DNA of 25,702 bases from assembly GCA_016180085.1 (NCBI GenBank), contig JACPBX010000018.1:1-25702 (forward strand), read 5' to 3'. Below, in pieces: positions 15,415 through 23,155 of the stretch. The notes beneath the pieces were generated by a model. The model was not told where the DNA came from, ran no database searches, and saw nothing but the letters and a program-made list of their open reading frames with translations. The DNA is from Candidatus Woesearchaeota archaeon (GTDB lineage: Archaea > Nanobdellota > Nanobdellia > Woesearchaeales > UBA10216). The translations under genes were made by a program, and so were the position numbers. Position 1 is the stretch's first letter. Each line of letters starts with the position of its first letter.

Positions 15415-18400
15415 CTAGTTAAGCTCTATCCTTTCTACAGCGGAAATGTTAATCCAAAACTCTGTCTGGCCTGTGAAATTGATGAATGTGTTGCCTGTGT
15501 CCCCAACCCTAAAGCTAGTCCACGAGTTGGTGCTGGAGTTATAAGCATATATCCTTGTGAAGTTGCCAGCTGCGGTGCCCTGCAGGAGTGATGCCAGAAC
15601 GTTTGTAACGTTTGGACCACCCTGTGTGGATGCAAGGGTGCTGGCATCTGTAGTCAGGGTTGAAAGCGTGAACTTGGACCAGCCATTCGCACTTGTTTGC
15701 GTAGGAGCTGGCTGGAAGTAGTTGGGCCAGCTGTTGTCTGTCTTTCCTGGTATTGTGACGTTCCACCTGCTTCTGGTGTCAATGCCGAATGAGAACTGCG
15801 CAGTTACGTTGTTAGTGTGCGGAGCATTTTTGCCTGAGACATCCCTGCAGCTATAGTACAAGGTGTGGCCGCCGCTTGCTATGTCGCGTTGCGAGCCAAA
15901 GCTTATGCTGTGCTGCCTGCTGACGTTGTTTGACATGGTGTTGGACGTCGACTGCGGCAACATGTCGTTATAAGTGTCTTTGCTGGTATCAAGGGAGTAC
16001 AAGCAAGTTGCGTTTTCTGTAGTATTCATTAGGAACGTGTAGGTGTCTGTGCTGCTGTTCGCCATGCCGTTCCATATTCCCTGAAGGAAAGTGAGGTTCT
16101 TCACTATCGGGTTGGTTGCGCCGTTCTGCACCGTAATAGGTATGAACTCTGTGTTGTTGCCGTTGCCTGACACGTCTGTGACGTTGATATAGGCTGAATA
16201 GTCACCATCTGTCAATGTGGTGGTGTCAACCGAGCCGTTCCACCTTGTTGGCTCGTTAAGGCTCCTTTCCATCCTGAGCGATGCTGAGATTGTGCCGCTG
16301 CTGCTGAATAGCGTAACGTTGACTGACGTGTTATGAATTCCGTTAGGCCCGAAGCCCAGGTTGTCTGTGATTGTTGCGTTGATTAATATTGTCCCTGTAA
16401 GGCCTACGCCTCCGGTAGATGCAGGCGTGGTGTTAACGACTTTTACGCTCGGATTGGTGTTGTCAAGGGTTATGTTCTGGATTATGGTGTAGTTGATGTT
16501 GCCTGCTGTGTCGTTAACAGTTACGTTAATATCGTAAACGCCGTTTGGCACGAGGCTGAAGTTGAAGGAAGCATTAGAGTAGTTGCCTCCAAGGCTTGTG
16601 GTGGGCAGCGACATTGCTGTCCCGTTGCTGCTTATCGGGTTTGCGCTCCTGTTGACAAGCATGAATGCTGTGGCGTTTATGTTGGTTGTCACGATGTTGC
16701 CGAGCTGCAGGTTCCATGTGCCTGTGTCGTTAATGGTAACGTTAATCACCAGTAGCTGCTGGTTAAGGACTGTGCCGTTTATGCGCTGGTTTGGCACAAC
16801 GCTATTTCCTGCTGCTGTTGTGTTGCTGATCTGGACAACAGGCTTTGTCTTGTCAAGTATGAGCTGTATGAAGGATGTGGTGTTCCAGCCGGCCTTGTCG
16901 GTAACGTTGACCTCGATGGTGTAGTTGCCGTCAAGGAACGATGAGCCGTCAGTAAGGTTCATGAAAGTGGCATTGAATGTTCCGGATGCACCAGAGCTTG
17001 TGACACGATTCATTGTTGTTAACGGACCGCTATGGTTTCCGAGGGAGAAGCCAGTGCTCTGGTTGATCCAGCGATACTGCACTGTGTTAAAGTTTGACTC
17101 AGTTGCTGAAACGTTTATTGTGAAGTTACTGGACTGGTTCTGGTTGTTCGCAGGGTAAACGAACGTTACAGATGCCGGAGGCACAAGGTCTATTGTGAAA
17201 TTAACTGTAAAGGTCGTGTTCTGGTTGCCTGCCGTGTCCGTGACATTGAACCTTATGCTGAAGTTGCCGCTGGTGGCGTTCACTAGCTGGCCGCCGAAGT
17301 GTGTGAAGTTCCACTGAGTGGCGTTAAAGGTCTGGCGTGAGGCAAGCGCCTGGACTGCCTGCGTGGCTTCAACCCAAGGCCAGTTATAGGAGTTATTCTC
17401 AAGCCTGAAGCTTACGTTCTTCAGGCCAGAAGCCACTTCTGTTGCGTTTAAAGTTATGTTAAACATGTTCTTATTGAAGCTGTTGCTTGCCGGGCTGACT
17501 ATGGTGAAGTTGGTCGGTATGGAAGAGTCGAATATCACGTTGGCAACAAATGCCGTGACGTTCCTGCCGGCACTGTCTGTGGCATTTATTTCTATGGTGT
17601 AATTCGTGTCAACCAGCGTGTTTATGGCAAGGGTAGCGTTCCAGTACGTATTAAGGGAATTGAATTGGGCGTTAGCTCCTGCGCCAAGGCTCATAGAGAG
17701 CCAGCTGCTGATGTTCGCGCCGCCAGCCAGGTCTCCAACATTGGAATCGTTCCTCCACCTGAACGAAACATTCCTTAATGGCCCGACAGTGTCGTTCACT
17801 GTAACGTTAATCAGCAGGTTGGTTGTGTAATTGGTTGTAAAGGAAACAGGGCTGAGTATTGAAATGTTTGGCACAGCTGCATCAACAGCCAGTGTCATGT
17901 TTATCGTGTTGTTCTCCCTTCCAAGAACATCTGAGAAGTTAAAGTGCAGGTTGCACTGCGAGCCGTCAGCGCCAGTCAGGTCACAGAACCCGCTCAGGTT
18001 GACAAGCGTGTTGTTCTGCACAGTGAGGTTCCAGACTGCCGTGCCCGAGGAGGTCCCGCTTTCCAGGGACAGGTTGTATATCAGGCCCTTGTTGCCGTAG
18101 ACGCTCACGTTCCTTGTAACATTATTGATATTGTTCGATGTCTGGAGCTTTATGAGAAACGACTCGTTGGTTGAAAGGTTAAGCAGTGTAATGTTGCCTT
18201 CTGACAGCACGCCGTTAACCGTCAAGTTCGTGGAAGCAGCACCAGTAGGCGGGGTGTCGTCAACCTCAACTGAAAAGTTCAGCAGCACAGCGTTGCTGAC
18301 ATTGTCAGTAGCCCTGATTGTTATGTTGTAAACGCCATCGCCGCTGAAGGTTGGCAGCAACTCGGTTATGTTAAACCTGGAGAAGTTCCACGCTGTCTGG

Positions 18401-19578
18401 CCGGCTGAGCCGTTTGCCCCATCAAGCAGGTCCATGGACAGGAAATTCCTTGAGCGGTCCATAATCTCAGCCCTGATTACACCAGAGCCGCCATTGTCCT
18501 TAAGGAAGGCTGTAACGTTCAGCAACAGGCTGCTGTTGATAATGTATTCAAGGCCTGCAACGCCGCCAAACGCCCTTGTGGTGTTAATGGCCCTGCCCAC
18601 GCTGTTGGTGGTAAGCTCTGTGTTGTTGGCAATCTGCACGTCAACCAGCTGCGGGTTGGCTGCGTCAATGGTGAAGTTGTAGCCGGCAGTCAAGGAAGAG
18701 TTGGTCACGTTATAGTTGCCGACAGTGTCGTTTGCGTGCAGGCTGAAGGTGAACCTTGTGCCGTTAGGCAAGCCGGATGTTGAAATTGTATAGCCGAAGA
18801 GGCTTGCAGAGCCAAAGCTCTGGTTGGTCATGTTGGCTGCTGACACGTTATCCCCTGCGCCCCTGAATGGCACGCCAGTGAACGAATCAGCGCCGGCGCC
18901 TGTGCTGAAGTTGTAAACCAGCGTGACATTGCCAACCTGCGAGCCATTATCTGATGATTCGGCAATAATGGTGATGCTTGCGTTGTTGATGAATGTAGCT
19001 ACCGGATTGGCAAAGTTGGCAGAGCCGCTTATGTTCTTGGTGCTGGTGGAAATGTTAACCAGCCTGATTGTGGGCGGGTGGGCATCGACGGAAACGTTCA
19101 GGCTGCTTGAGTTAACGTTAAGGGTTCCTGCCGTATTTTCGTAAGTGTCGATTGTAAAGGAATAGTTCCCTGCTCCAGCCGGCGAGGTTATGTTAATGTT
19201 AAACTGCTGGGATGACCCGGCAGCCAGCCCGTCCGCATATTGGAATGACACCGAGGTTGAGCTTGCCTTGCTGCAATCCCAATTAGGGGCTGTCATCGGG
19301 CCGCAATTGATGATGCTTACTCCGGAAGGCCTTGCAATATCCACCCTCTTTATGGCTGCAGGGCTGCTTGCGTCATTTGATACTGAAATGTTGACGGAAG
19401 CGTTTGGGGCAGAAGCCTGGATCCATCTCGGTGTAAACTGCTGAGCGGGGGTGGTGGAAAATTTCGCGCCATAGGCAGAAAGAATGCCTATGACCAATAC
19501 TGCTACGGCAATAAGGAGAACGAAGCTGTAAATGGCTCCTTTTTTCTGTGAAAAAAGCGGATTTGCGCTAAATGACAA
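15415..19578 (-). CDS. Giant secreted Ig-like-repeat glycoprotein (putative adhesin), 1387 aa, no C-terminal TM
   Basis: TTG start with GAGGTG at 19586-19591; KKG-AIYSF followed by hydrophobic helix; about 9-10 beta modules each with 'x-x-D-x-x-G-N/R' and ending '(I/V)D..(P)P'; many sequons. Confidence 0.85.
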   Translation of the reverse strand: MSFSANPLFSQKKGAIYSFVLLIAVAVLVIGILSAYGAKFSTTPAQQFTPRWIQASAPNASVNISVSNDASSPAAIKRVDIARPSGVSIINCGPMTAPNWDCSKASSTSVSFQYADGLAAGSSQQFNINITSPAGAGNYSFTIDTYENTAGTLNVNSSSLNVSVDAHPPTIRLVNISTSTKNISGSANFANPVATFINNASITIIAESSDNGSQVGNVTLVYNFSTGAGADSFTGVPFRGAGDNVSAANMTNQSFGSASLFGYTISTSGLPNGTRFTFSLHANDTVGNYNVTNSSLTAGYNFTIDAANPQLVDVQIANNTELTTNSVGRAINTTRAFGGVAGLEYIINSSLLLNVTAFLKDNGGSGVIRAEIMDRSRNFLSMDLLDGANGSAGQTAWNFSRFNITELLPTFSGDGVYNITIRATDNVSNAVLLNFSVEVDDTPPTGAASTNLTVNGVLSEGNITLLNLSTNESFLIKLQTSNNINNVTRNVSVYGNKGLIYNLSLESGTSSGTAVWNLTVQNNTLVNLSGFCDLTGADGSQCNLHFNFSDVLGRENNTINMTLAVDAAVPNISILSPVSFTTNYTTNLLINVTVNDTVGPLRNVSFRWRNDSNVGDLAGGANISSWLSMSLGAGANAQFNSLNTYWNATLAINTLVDTNYTIEINATDSAGRNVTAFVANVIFDSSIPTNFTIVSPASNSFNKNMFNITLNATEVASGLKNVSFRLENNSYNWPWVEATQAVQALASRQTFNATQWNFTHFGGQLVNATSGNFSIRFNVTDTAGNQNTTFTVNFTIDLVPPASVTFVYPANNQNQSSNFTINVSATESNFNTVQYRWINQSTGFSLGNHSGPLTTMNRVTSSGASGTFNATFMNLTDGSSFLDGNYTIEVNVTDKAGWNTTSFIQLILDKTKPVVQISNTTAAGNSVVPNQRINGTVLNQQLLVINVTINDTGTWNLQLGNIVTTNINATAFMLVNRSANPISSNGTAMSLPTTSLGGNYSNASFNFSLVPNGVYDINVTVNDTAGNINYTIIQNITLDNTNPSVKVVNTTPASTGGVGLTGTILINATITDNLGFGPNGIHNTSVNVTLFSSSGTISASLRMERSLNEPTRWNGSVDTTTLTDGDYSAYINVTDVSGNGNNTEFIPITVQNGATNPIVKNLTFLQGIWNGMANSSTDTYTFLMNTTENATCLYSLDTSKDTYNDMLPQSTSNTMSNNVSRQHSISFGSQRDIASGGHTLYYSCRDVSGKNAPHTNNVTAQFSFGIDTRSRWNVTIPGKTDNSWPNYFQPAPTQTSANGWSKFTLSTLTTDASTLASTQGGPNVTNVLASLLQGTAAGNFTRIYAYNSSTNSWTSFRVGDTGNTFINFTGQTEFWINISAVERIELN

Positions 19579-19690
19579 GCCTCAACACCTCGATTTTAAA
19601 TTCCGACACCAGCCAAACCGCCACACCACGAGCTCTGATGGCGGGCAATGCTATGACTGAGAGTATGACAGTCACTTTTGGTTAGGTTGT

Positions 19691-19705
19691 ATTTAAACTT
19701 TTTGG
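19691..19705 (-). promoter_or_regulatory. BRE/TATA promoter of the 1387-aa gene
   Basis: Minus strand CCAAAAAGTTTAAAT; implies a 5' leader of about 90 nt. Confidence 0.55.
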
Positions 19706-19846
19706 AAAAGGCACGAATACGTGCTAAACCACGGCTAAACTCTCCTCTTGTTGTCCTTATGTTAGCCTGAACGCGCACGCACCCCCTCCAAGCCATTTGG
19801 AACAGTGGACAGGGTCTATATTTAAATTATTGTAACCTCTTGAAAG

Positions 19847-20251
19847 TTAAGATTCCTTGCTCACGGTGATGCGCCTGCCATTGGCAAACCTCTTTTCAAC
19901 AATCCGGAGGAAAGTGAGCCTGTCGCCGACTCTCGTTTTGCTTTTCGCTATCGTGCCAGAGGGAACCTCTATGACAAACTTCGCCTTCTGCCTTGCTGAG
20001 TAAGTGCTGAACGGCGGCATGGCCTTAAGAAGTTCAACAACGCGCAGCCCGCCATCGGCAAGAATGATGTCTATCGGGAAAAAAACAAAAAACGTGTGCA
20101 GGCTCACTGGCGTTTCCTTTGCGAACTTCAGGACCATGGCTGCCTGGGTTGGCTTTGAAAACATCAAGCCAACAGCCCTGCCCACGGCAGAGTCAGCAAT
20201 CCTTGAACGGGAAGCGATTATCGTGTTCCTGGTAGCATTCTTTACGGGCAT
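19847..20251 (-). CDS. DUF192 (UPF0127) family protein, 134 aa
   Basis: 'ADS..GRAVGLMF......MV..F.......HTFFVFFPIDII..D....VV......P......A.FVIEVPSG......VGD' is the DUF192 pattern. Confidence 0.9.
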   Translation of the reverse strand: MPVKNATRNTIIASRSRIADSAVGRAVGLMFSKPTQAAMVLKFAKETPVSLHTFFVFFPIDIILADGGLRVVELLKAMPPFSTYSARQKAKFVIEVPSGTIAKSKTRVGDRLTFLRIVEKRFANGRRITVSKES

Positions 20252-20377
20252 AGAATATCAGAAAGGCGGATTAAACAGGTTGTTATTAAGCTTTTTGGAT
20301 TGGCACGGTTAAAAGTTAAACTTCTGTTTTGCGCTGTTGTTGCTGCAACTACGACTGCTGCAAGTTAGAGACGCAAT

Positions 20378-20384
20378 AAAAAAA
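20378..20384 (-). terminator. T7 run directly after the tRNA
   Basis: Minus strand ...CCCCA C TTTTTTT ATTG; archaeal oligo-U terminator. Confidence 0.6.
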
Positions 20385-20385
20385 G

Positions 20386-20579
20386 TGGGGACGCTGGGAC
20401 GCCCAAGATAAGGCAGAGTTGTCCTTACCCATTTGAACCCAGATCCGAGGCTTTCTACTTATGGGTTGGTCATCGCCTTCGGTTTGCCGTTGGCTCAGTT
20501 CTCCAATCACTGGAGGCCCCCATAATGCCGGGTTATACCTATCCGTAGCGGTGCTGCGGGTAGCTTATACTACGTCCCC
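20386..20579 (-). tRNA. trnW: tRNA-Trp(CCA) with three introns (D-loop ~16/17, 32 nt; anticodon 37/38, 57 nt; T-loop 59/60, 32 nt)
   Basis: Removing 20532-20563, 20453-20509 and 20400-20431 leaves a 73-nt cloverleaf GGGGACG TA GTAT AAGCCGGCA TTAT G GGGGC CTCCAGA GCCTC GGAT CTGGG TTCAAAT CCCAG CGTCCCC A. Acceptor, D, anticodon and T stems pair; A15:U48 is compatible; CCA tail not encoded. Confidence 0.92.
20453..20509 (-). ncRNA. Box C/D-type guide RNA inside the tRNA-Trp anticodon intron
   Basis: (G)TGATT box-C-like; TTGGAG guide complementary to CUCCAG; CTGA box at 20495-20498; GCC...GGC stem then GATGA (C'-like K-turn). The 5th nt upstream of CTGA pairs with C34. Confidence 0.7.
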
Positions 20580-20606
20580 ATAAAATTTAAGGCTTTGCAG
20601 CAACAT

Positions 20607-20614
20607 ATTTAAAT
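20607..20614. promoter_or_regulatory. Single palindromic TATA (ATTTAAAT) between tRNA-Trp and the permease
   Basis: About 28 nt from tRNA G1 (20579) and about 23 nt from permease ATG (20637). Confidence 0.6.
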
Positions 20615-20636
20615 GTTTAGATGCGGGTAATGATGT

Positions 20637-21791
20637 ATGAAAAAGAGGCTCTTTGAAGCAGTCGCAACGCTTGTTGGCACAACCATCGGAGCCGGTGTGC
20701 TGGGAATACCTTACGTTGTTGCCAAGTCAGGAATTGCTGTGGGGCTGCTGCACATTATAATTATAGGCAGTGCTGTCCTGCTTGTCAACCTGCTGCTTGG
20801 AGAGTTAGTGTTAAGGACAAAGGGCAACCACCAGCTTACAGGCTATGCTGAGAAGTACCTTGGCTCAACTGGCAAGAGGCTCATGGCACTTGCCATGGTC
20901 CTTGGCATTTACGGAGCCCTGCTGGCATATATAATAGGCGTGGGAAACTCCCTGAATGCAATACTTCCCCAGCTAACGCCTCTTTTTTGGAGCATTGCCT
21001 TTTTTGCAGCTGCTTCGGCAATCGTATATTTCGGGCTGAAGGCCGTTGAGGAATCCGAGCTGCTGCTCTCTTTTTTAACCATTGCCGTTATATCCATAAT
21101 AATAGCAGTTGCCGCAACTTCGGGCAAATTCTCCGCAGCGAACTTCACTGGAACAAGCATGCAAAACCTGTTTGTGCCGTATGGTGTCGTGCTGTTTGCC
21201 TTTCTGGGAGCGGTTGCCATACCTGAAATGAGGGAAGAGCTCGGAAGCGGAAAAGCCAGAAAGCTTCTCAAAAAAGCAATTATAATTGGAGGGCTTGTGC
21301 CCATAGTGCTTTATTCGCTCTTTGCCGTGGCTGTTGTTGGGGTAAGCGGCGCAGCAACAGGACAGCTGGCAACTGTAACCATTGGCAAAATGCTCGGGGA
21401 AAAAATGGTCATGTTTGCAAACCTCTTTGCAGTGCTGGCAATGAGCACATCATTCATAGCACTTGGGCTTGCGCTGAAAGAGATGTATGTTTATGACTAC
21501 AGGCTTAAAAGGAAGACCGCATGGGTCCTGACATGCCTGATTCCCCTGCTGGCTTTCCTCCTGGGCTTGAAGAACTTTATCGCTGTGCTGGGAGTTGCAG
21601 GCGCAGTGGCTGGCGGAATAGAAGGAATACTGCTTGTGGCAATGCACCAGGCTGCAAAGAAAAAAAAGGCTGAGATAAAGCCGGAATACGCAATCAACAT
21701 GCAAAGACTTGCAGCAACTGCCCTTGCACTTATGTTCCTGTTCGGAATAATTTATGCTGTGATTACAGCAGCCAAAGCCATTACAAGCTAA
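20637..21791 (+). CDS. APC-superfamily amino-acid permease, probably aromatic (Trp/Tyr, Mtr/TyrP-like HAAAP), 384 aa
   Basis: TM1 'LVGTTIGAGVLGIPY', 'GELVLRT....QL.GYA.KYLG', 'YG.LLAYIIG.G', 'PYGVVLFAF.G..AIPE', 'A..TSFI.LG..L'; about 11 hydrophobic helices. Confidence 0.8.
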   Translation: MKKRLFEAVATLVGTTIGAGVLGIPYVVAKSGIAVGLLHIIIIGSAVLLVNLLLGELVLRTKGNHQLTGYAEKYLGSTGKRLMALAMVLGIYGALLAYIIGVGNSLNAILPQLTPLFWSIAFFAAASAIVYFGLKAVEESELLLSFLTIAVISIIIAVAATSGKFSAANFTGTSMQNLFVPYGVVLFAFLGAVAIPEMREELGSGKARKLLKKAIIIGGLVPIVLYSLFAVAVVGVSGAATGQLATVTIGKMLGEKMVMFANLFAVLAMSTSFIALGLALKEMYVYDYRLKRKTAWVLTCLIPLLAFLLGLKNFIAVLGVAGAVAGGIEGILLVAMHQAAKKKKAEIKPEYAINMQRLAATALALMFLFGIIYAVITAAKAITS

Positions 21792-21815
21792 ATCCTTGGC
21801 GAATCCTGCGAACCC

Positions 21816-23045
21816 TTATTTTTTAGAAGCTTTTGCCTTTAACGGAGCTGTTTCTGATTCTTTCCCCTTGCGCTCGAGCACAAAAAGAATTCCAAGAATA
21901 ACCAAAAGGGCGATGACGCCTATTGCTATGTAAAACCTATAGGCGGAAAAGAAGTCCCTTACGGCAAAAGCCAGCTCAAAAAGAGAGTTTGGCAAGCTGC
22001 CTGGGAAGCCTGACAGTCCTGATACTTTGCCCCGAAGCCAGTCCCTGAAAACAAAAGCGGCAATAGCCGCAGCCACAAGAATTGCCAGTGCAATGATTTT
22101 TACGATGTTCTTTCTTGCGGCAGCGAATAATACCGCAAGCCATTCGACAGAATCAGCAGCCGATGTTCTGAGCAGCTCAATAGCAGGCCTGATTTTTTTT
22201 GCCTTGTAAACATAGAAGCCTCCTGCCAGAAGGACAAGAATGCCAGCGCCGGCAAGGACGAAAGGCCAAAACGCAGACGCCTGCAATGCTGCAGCCTTAA
22301 CAGCCTTGAATTTCACTGCCAAAGCCGAAAAAGACGAAGCCATTCGCTCCTTCTGCTTTGCTTCCTTCTCCTGCTTTTGCTTTGCCTTTTCTGCTTCAGC
22401 TAATTTTTTTGCTTCGGCTGCCTTCGCCTCTTCCGCCTGGCTGGTCATGTTTGTTTTTCCTAAATTACTTAATTTTGCCTTAAAAAACTGGAAAAGCGAG
22501 CTTGCGCTTTCATTTTTCACGACGTTATCTTTATCTGAGATGCCCGCGCTTAAGTTTCCCAAGTCAGTCAAATTTGAGCCTTTGCCGTCTCCTGTGAACA
22601 CGTCCTTTGCTGTTGGCACCACCACCACAAAAAAAACAACTGTCGCTGCAATAATAACGGCAGCAACGGCCAGGGCTGTGGCGTTAAGCTTAGGGGCGGC
22701 AAAGGCGGCTTTCACTTTCACCTTCGCTGCCTTGAATTCCTCTTTTCCTGCTGCCCTGAAGACATTTTCCCAGGGGTAATGCTCGGGTTCCTGCCTTGGC
22801 TTAAAGCCGATAACAGCAGCTCCCCTTTTTCTTTTCGCTGCCAGCTTAACTATTGCCGCAAGAAAAACAAGAAAAACAGGAATAAAGAAAAGCCCTGCGG
22901 TAGCCGCAACCACAATGTTAGAGGAAGTTAGCTTTGGCAACTGCAAAAAGCCGTAACCGTATAAGAAAAACAGCACGGGGGCAGCCAGCAATAGCAAAAA
23001 AACAAGGAGGAATGCCGCAAAAACGCCTGTGTTAGCATGTCTCAT
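21816..23045 (-). CDS. Hypothetical multipass membrane protein (~6 TM) with Lys/Ala-rich loops, 409 aa
   Basis: Long ORF with about six hydrophobic segments, an EAKK-rich coiled stretch, GGGGAAGG Shine-Dalgarno and own TATA at ~23131-23140; no recognised family. Confidence 0.7.
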   Translation of the reverse strand: MRHANTGVFAAFLLVFLLLLAAPVLFFLYGYGFLQLPKLTSSNIVVAATAGLFFIPVFLVFLAAIVKLAAKRKRGAAVIGFKPRQEPEHYPWENVFRAAGKEEFKAAKVKVKAAFAAPKLNATALAVAAVIIAATVVFFVVVVPTAKDVFTGDGKGSNLTDLGNLSAGISDKDNVVKNESASSLFQFFKAKLSNLGKTNMTSQAEEAKAAEAKKLAEAEKAKQKQEKEAKQKERMASSFSALAVKFKAVKAAALQASAFWPFVLAGAGILVLLAGGFYVYKAKKIRPAIELLRTSAADSVEWLAVLFAAARKNIVKIIALAILVAAAIAAFVFRDWLRGKVSGLSGFPGSLPNSLFELAFAVRDFFSAYRFYIAIGVIALLVILGILFVLERKGKESETAPLKAKASKK

Positions 23046-23058
23046 TCAAGCCTTCCCC

Positions 23059-23092
23059 ATGACCCTTTTACGAAAAAAGGTTCAATCCAAAA
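23059..23092. repeat. Direct repeat copy 1 (34 bp, internal dyad)
   Basis: ATGACCCTTTTACGAAAAAAGGTTCAATCCAAAA. Confidence 0.85.
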
Positions 23093-23155
23093 TCTACAAA
23101 ATCAGTTACTACTTTAGAATAGGTTCTATTATTTAAAGGTTTTGTGGCTGCGAAA

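Noticed and set aside
19635..19680. Plus-strand box C/D-like words (CTGATGG...CTGA...ATGAC)
   Set aside because: No terminal D box, no identifiable target and no clear plus-strand promoter.
19596..19796. 66-aa minus-strand ORF in the intergenic region
   Set aside because: Spans a BRE/TATA and several dyads; no protein-like features.
20386..20579. RNase P RNA, SRP RNA or tmRNA reading of this GC-rich structured region
   Set aside because: No GAGGAAAGUCC/P4 motifs, no G3:U70 pair or tag ORF; fully explained as intron-containing tRNA-Trp.
23079..23088. GGTTCAATCC in the direct repeats as a tRNA T-arm remnant (att site)
   Set aside because: Loop is 6 nt rather than 7, there is no acceptor-stem sequence, it does not match the local tRNA-Trp 3' end, and no integrase is present.
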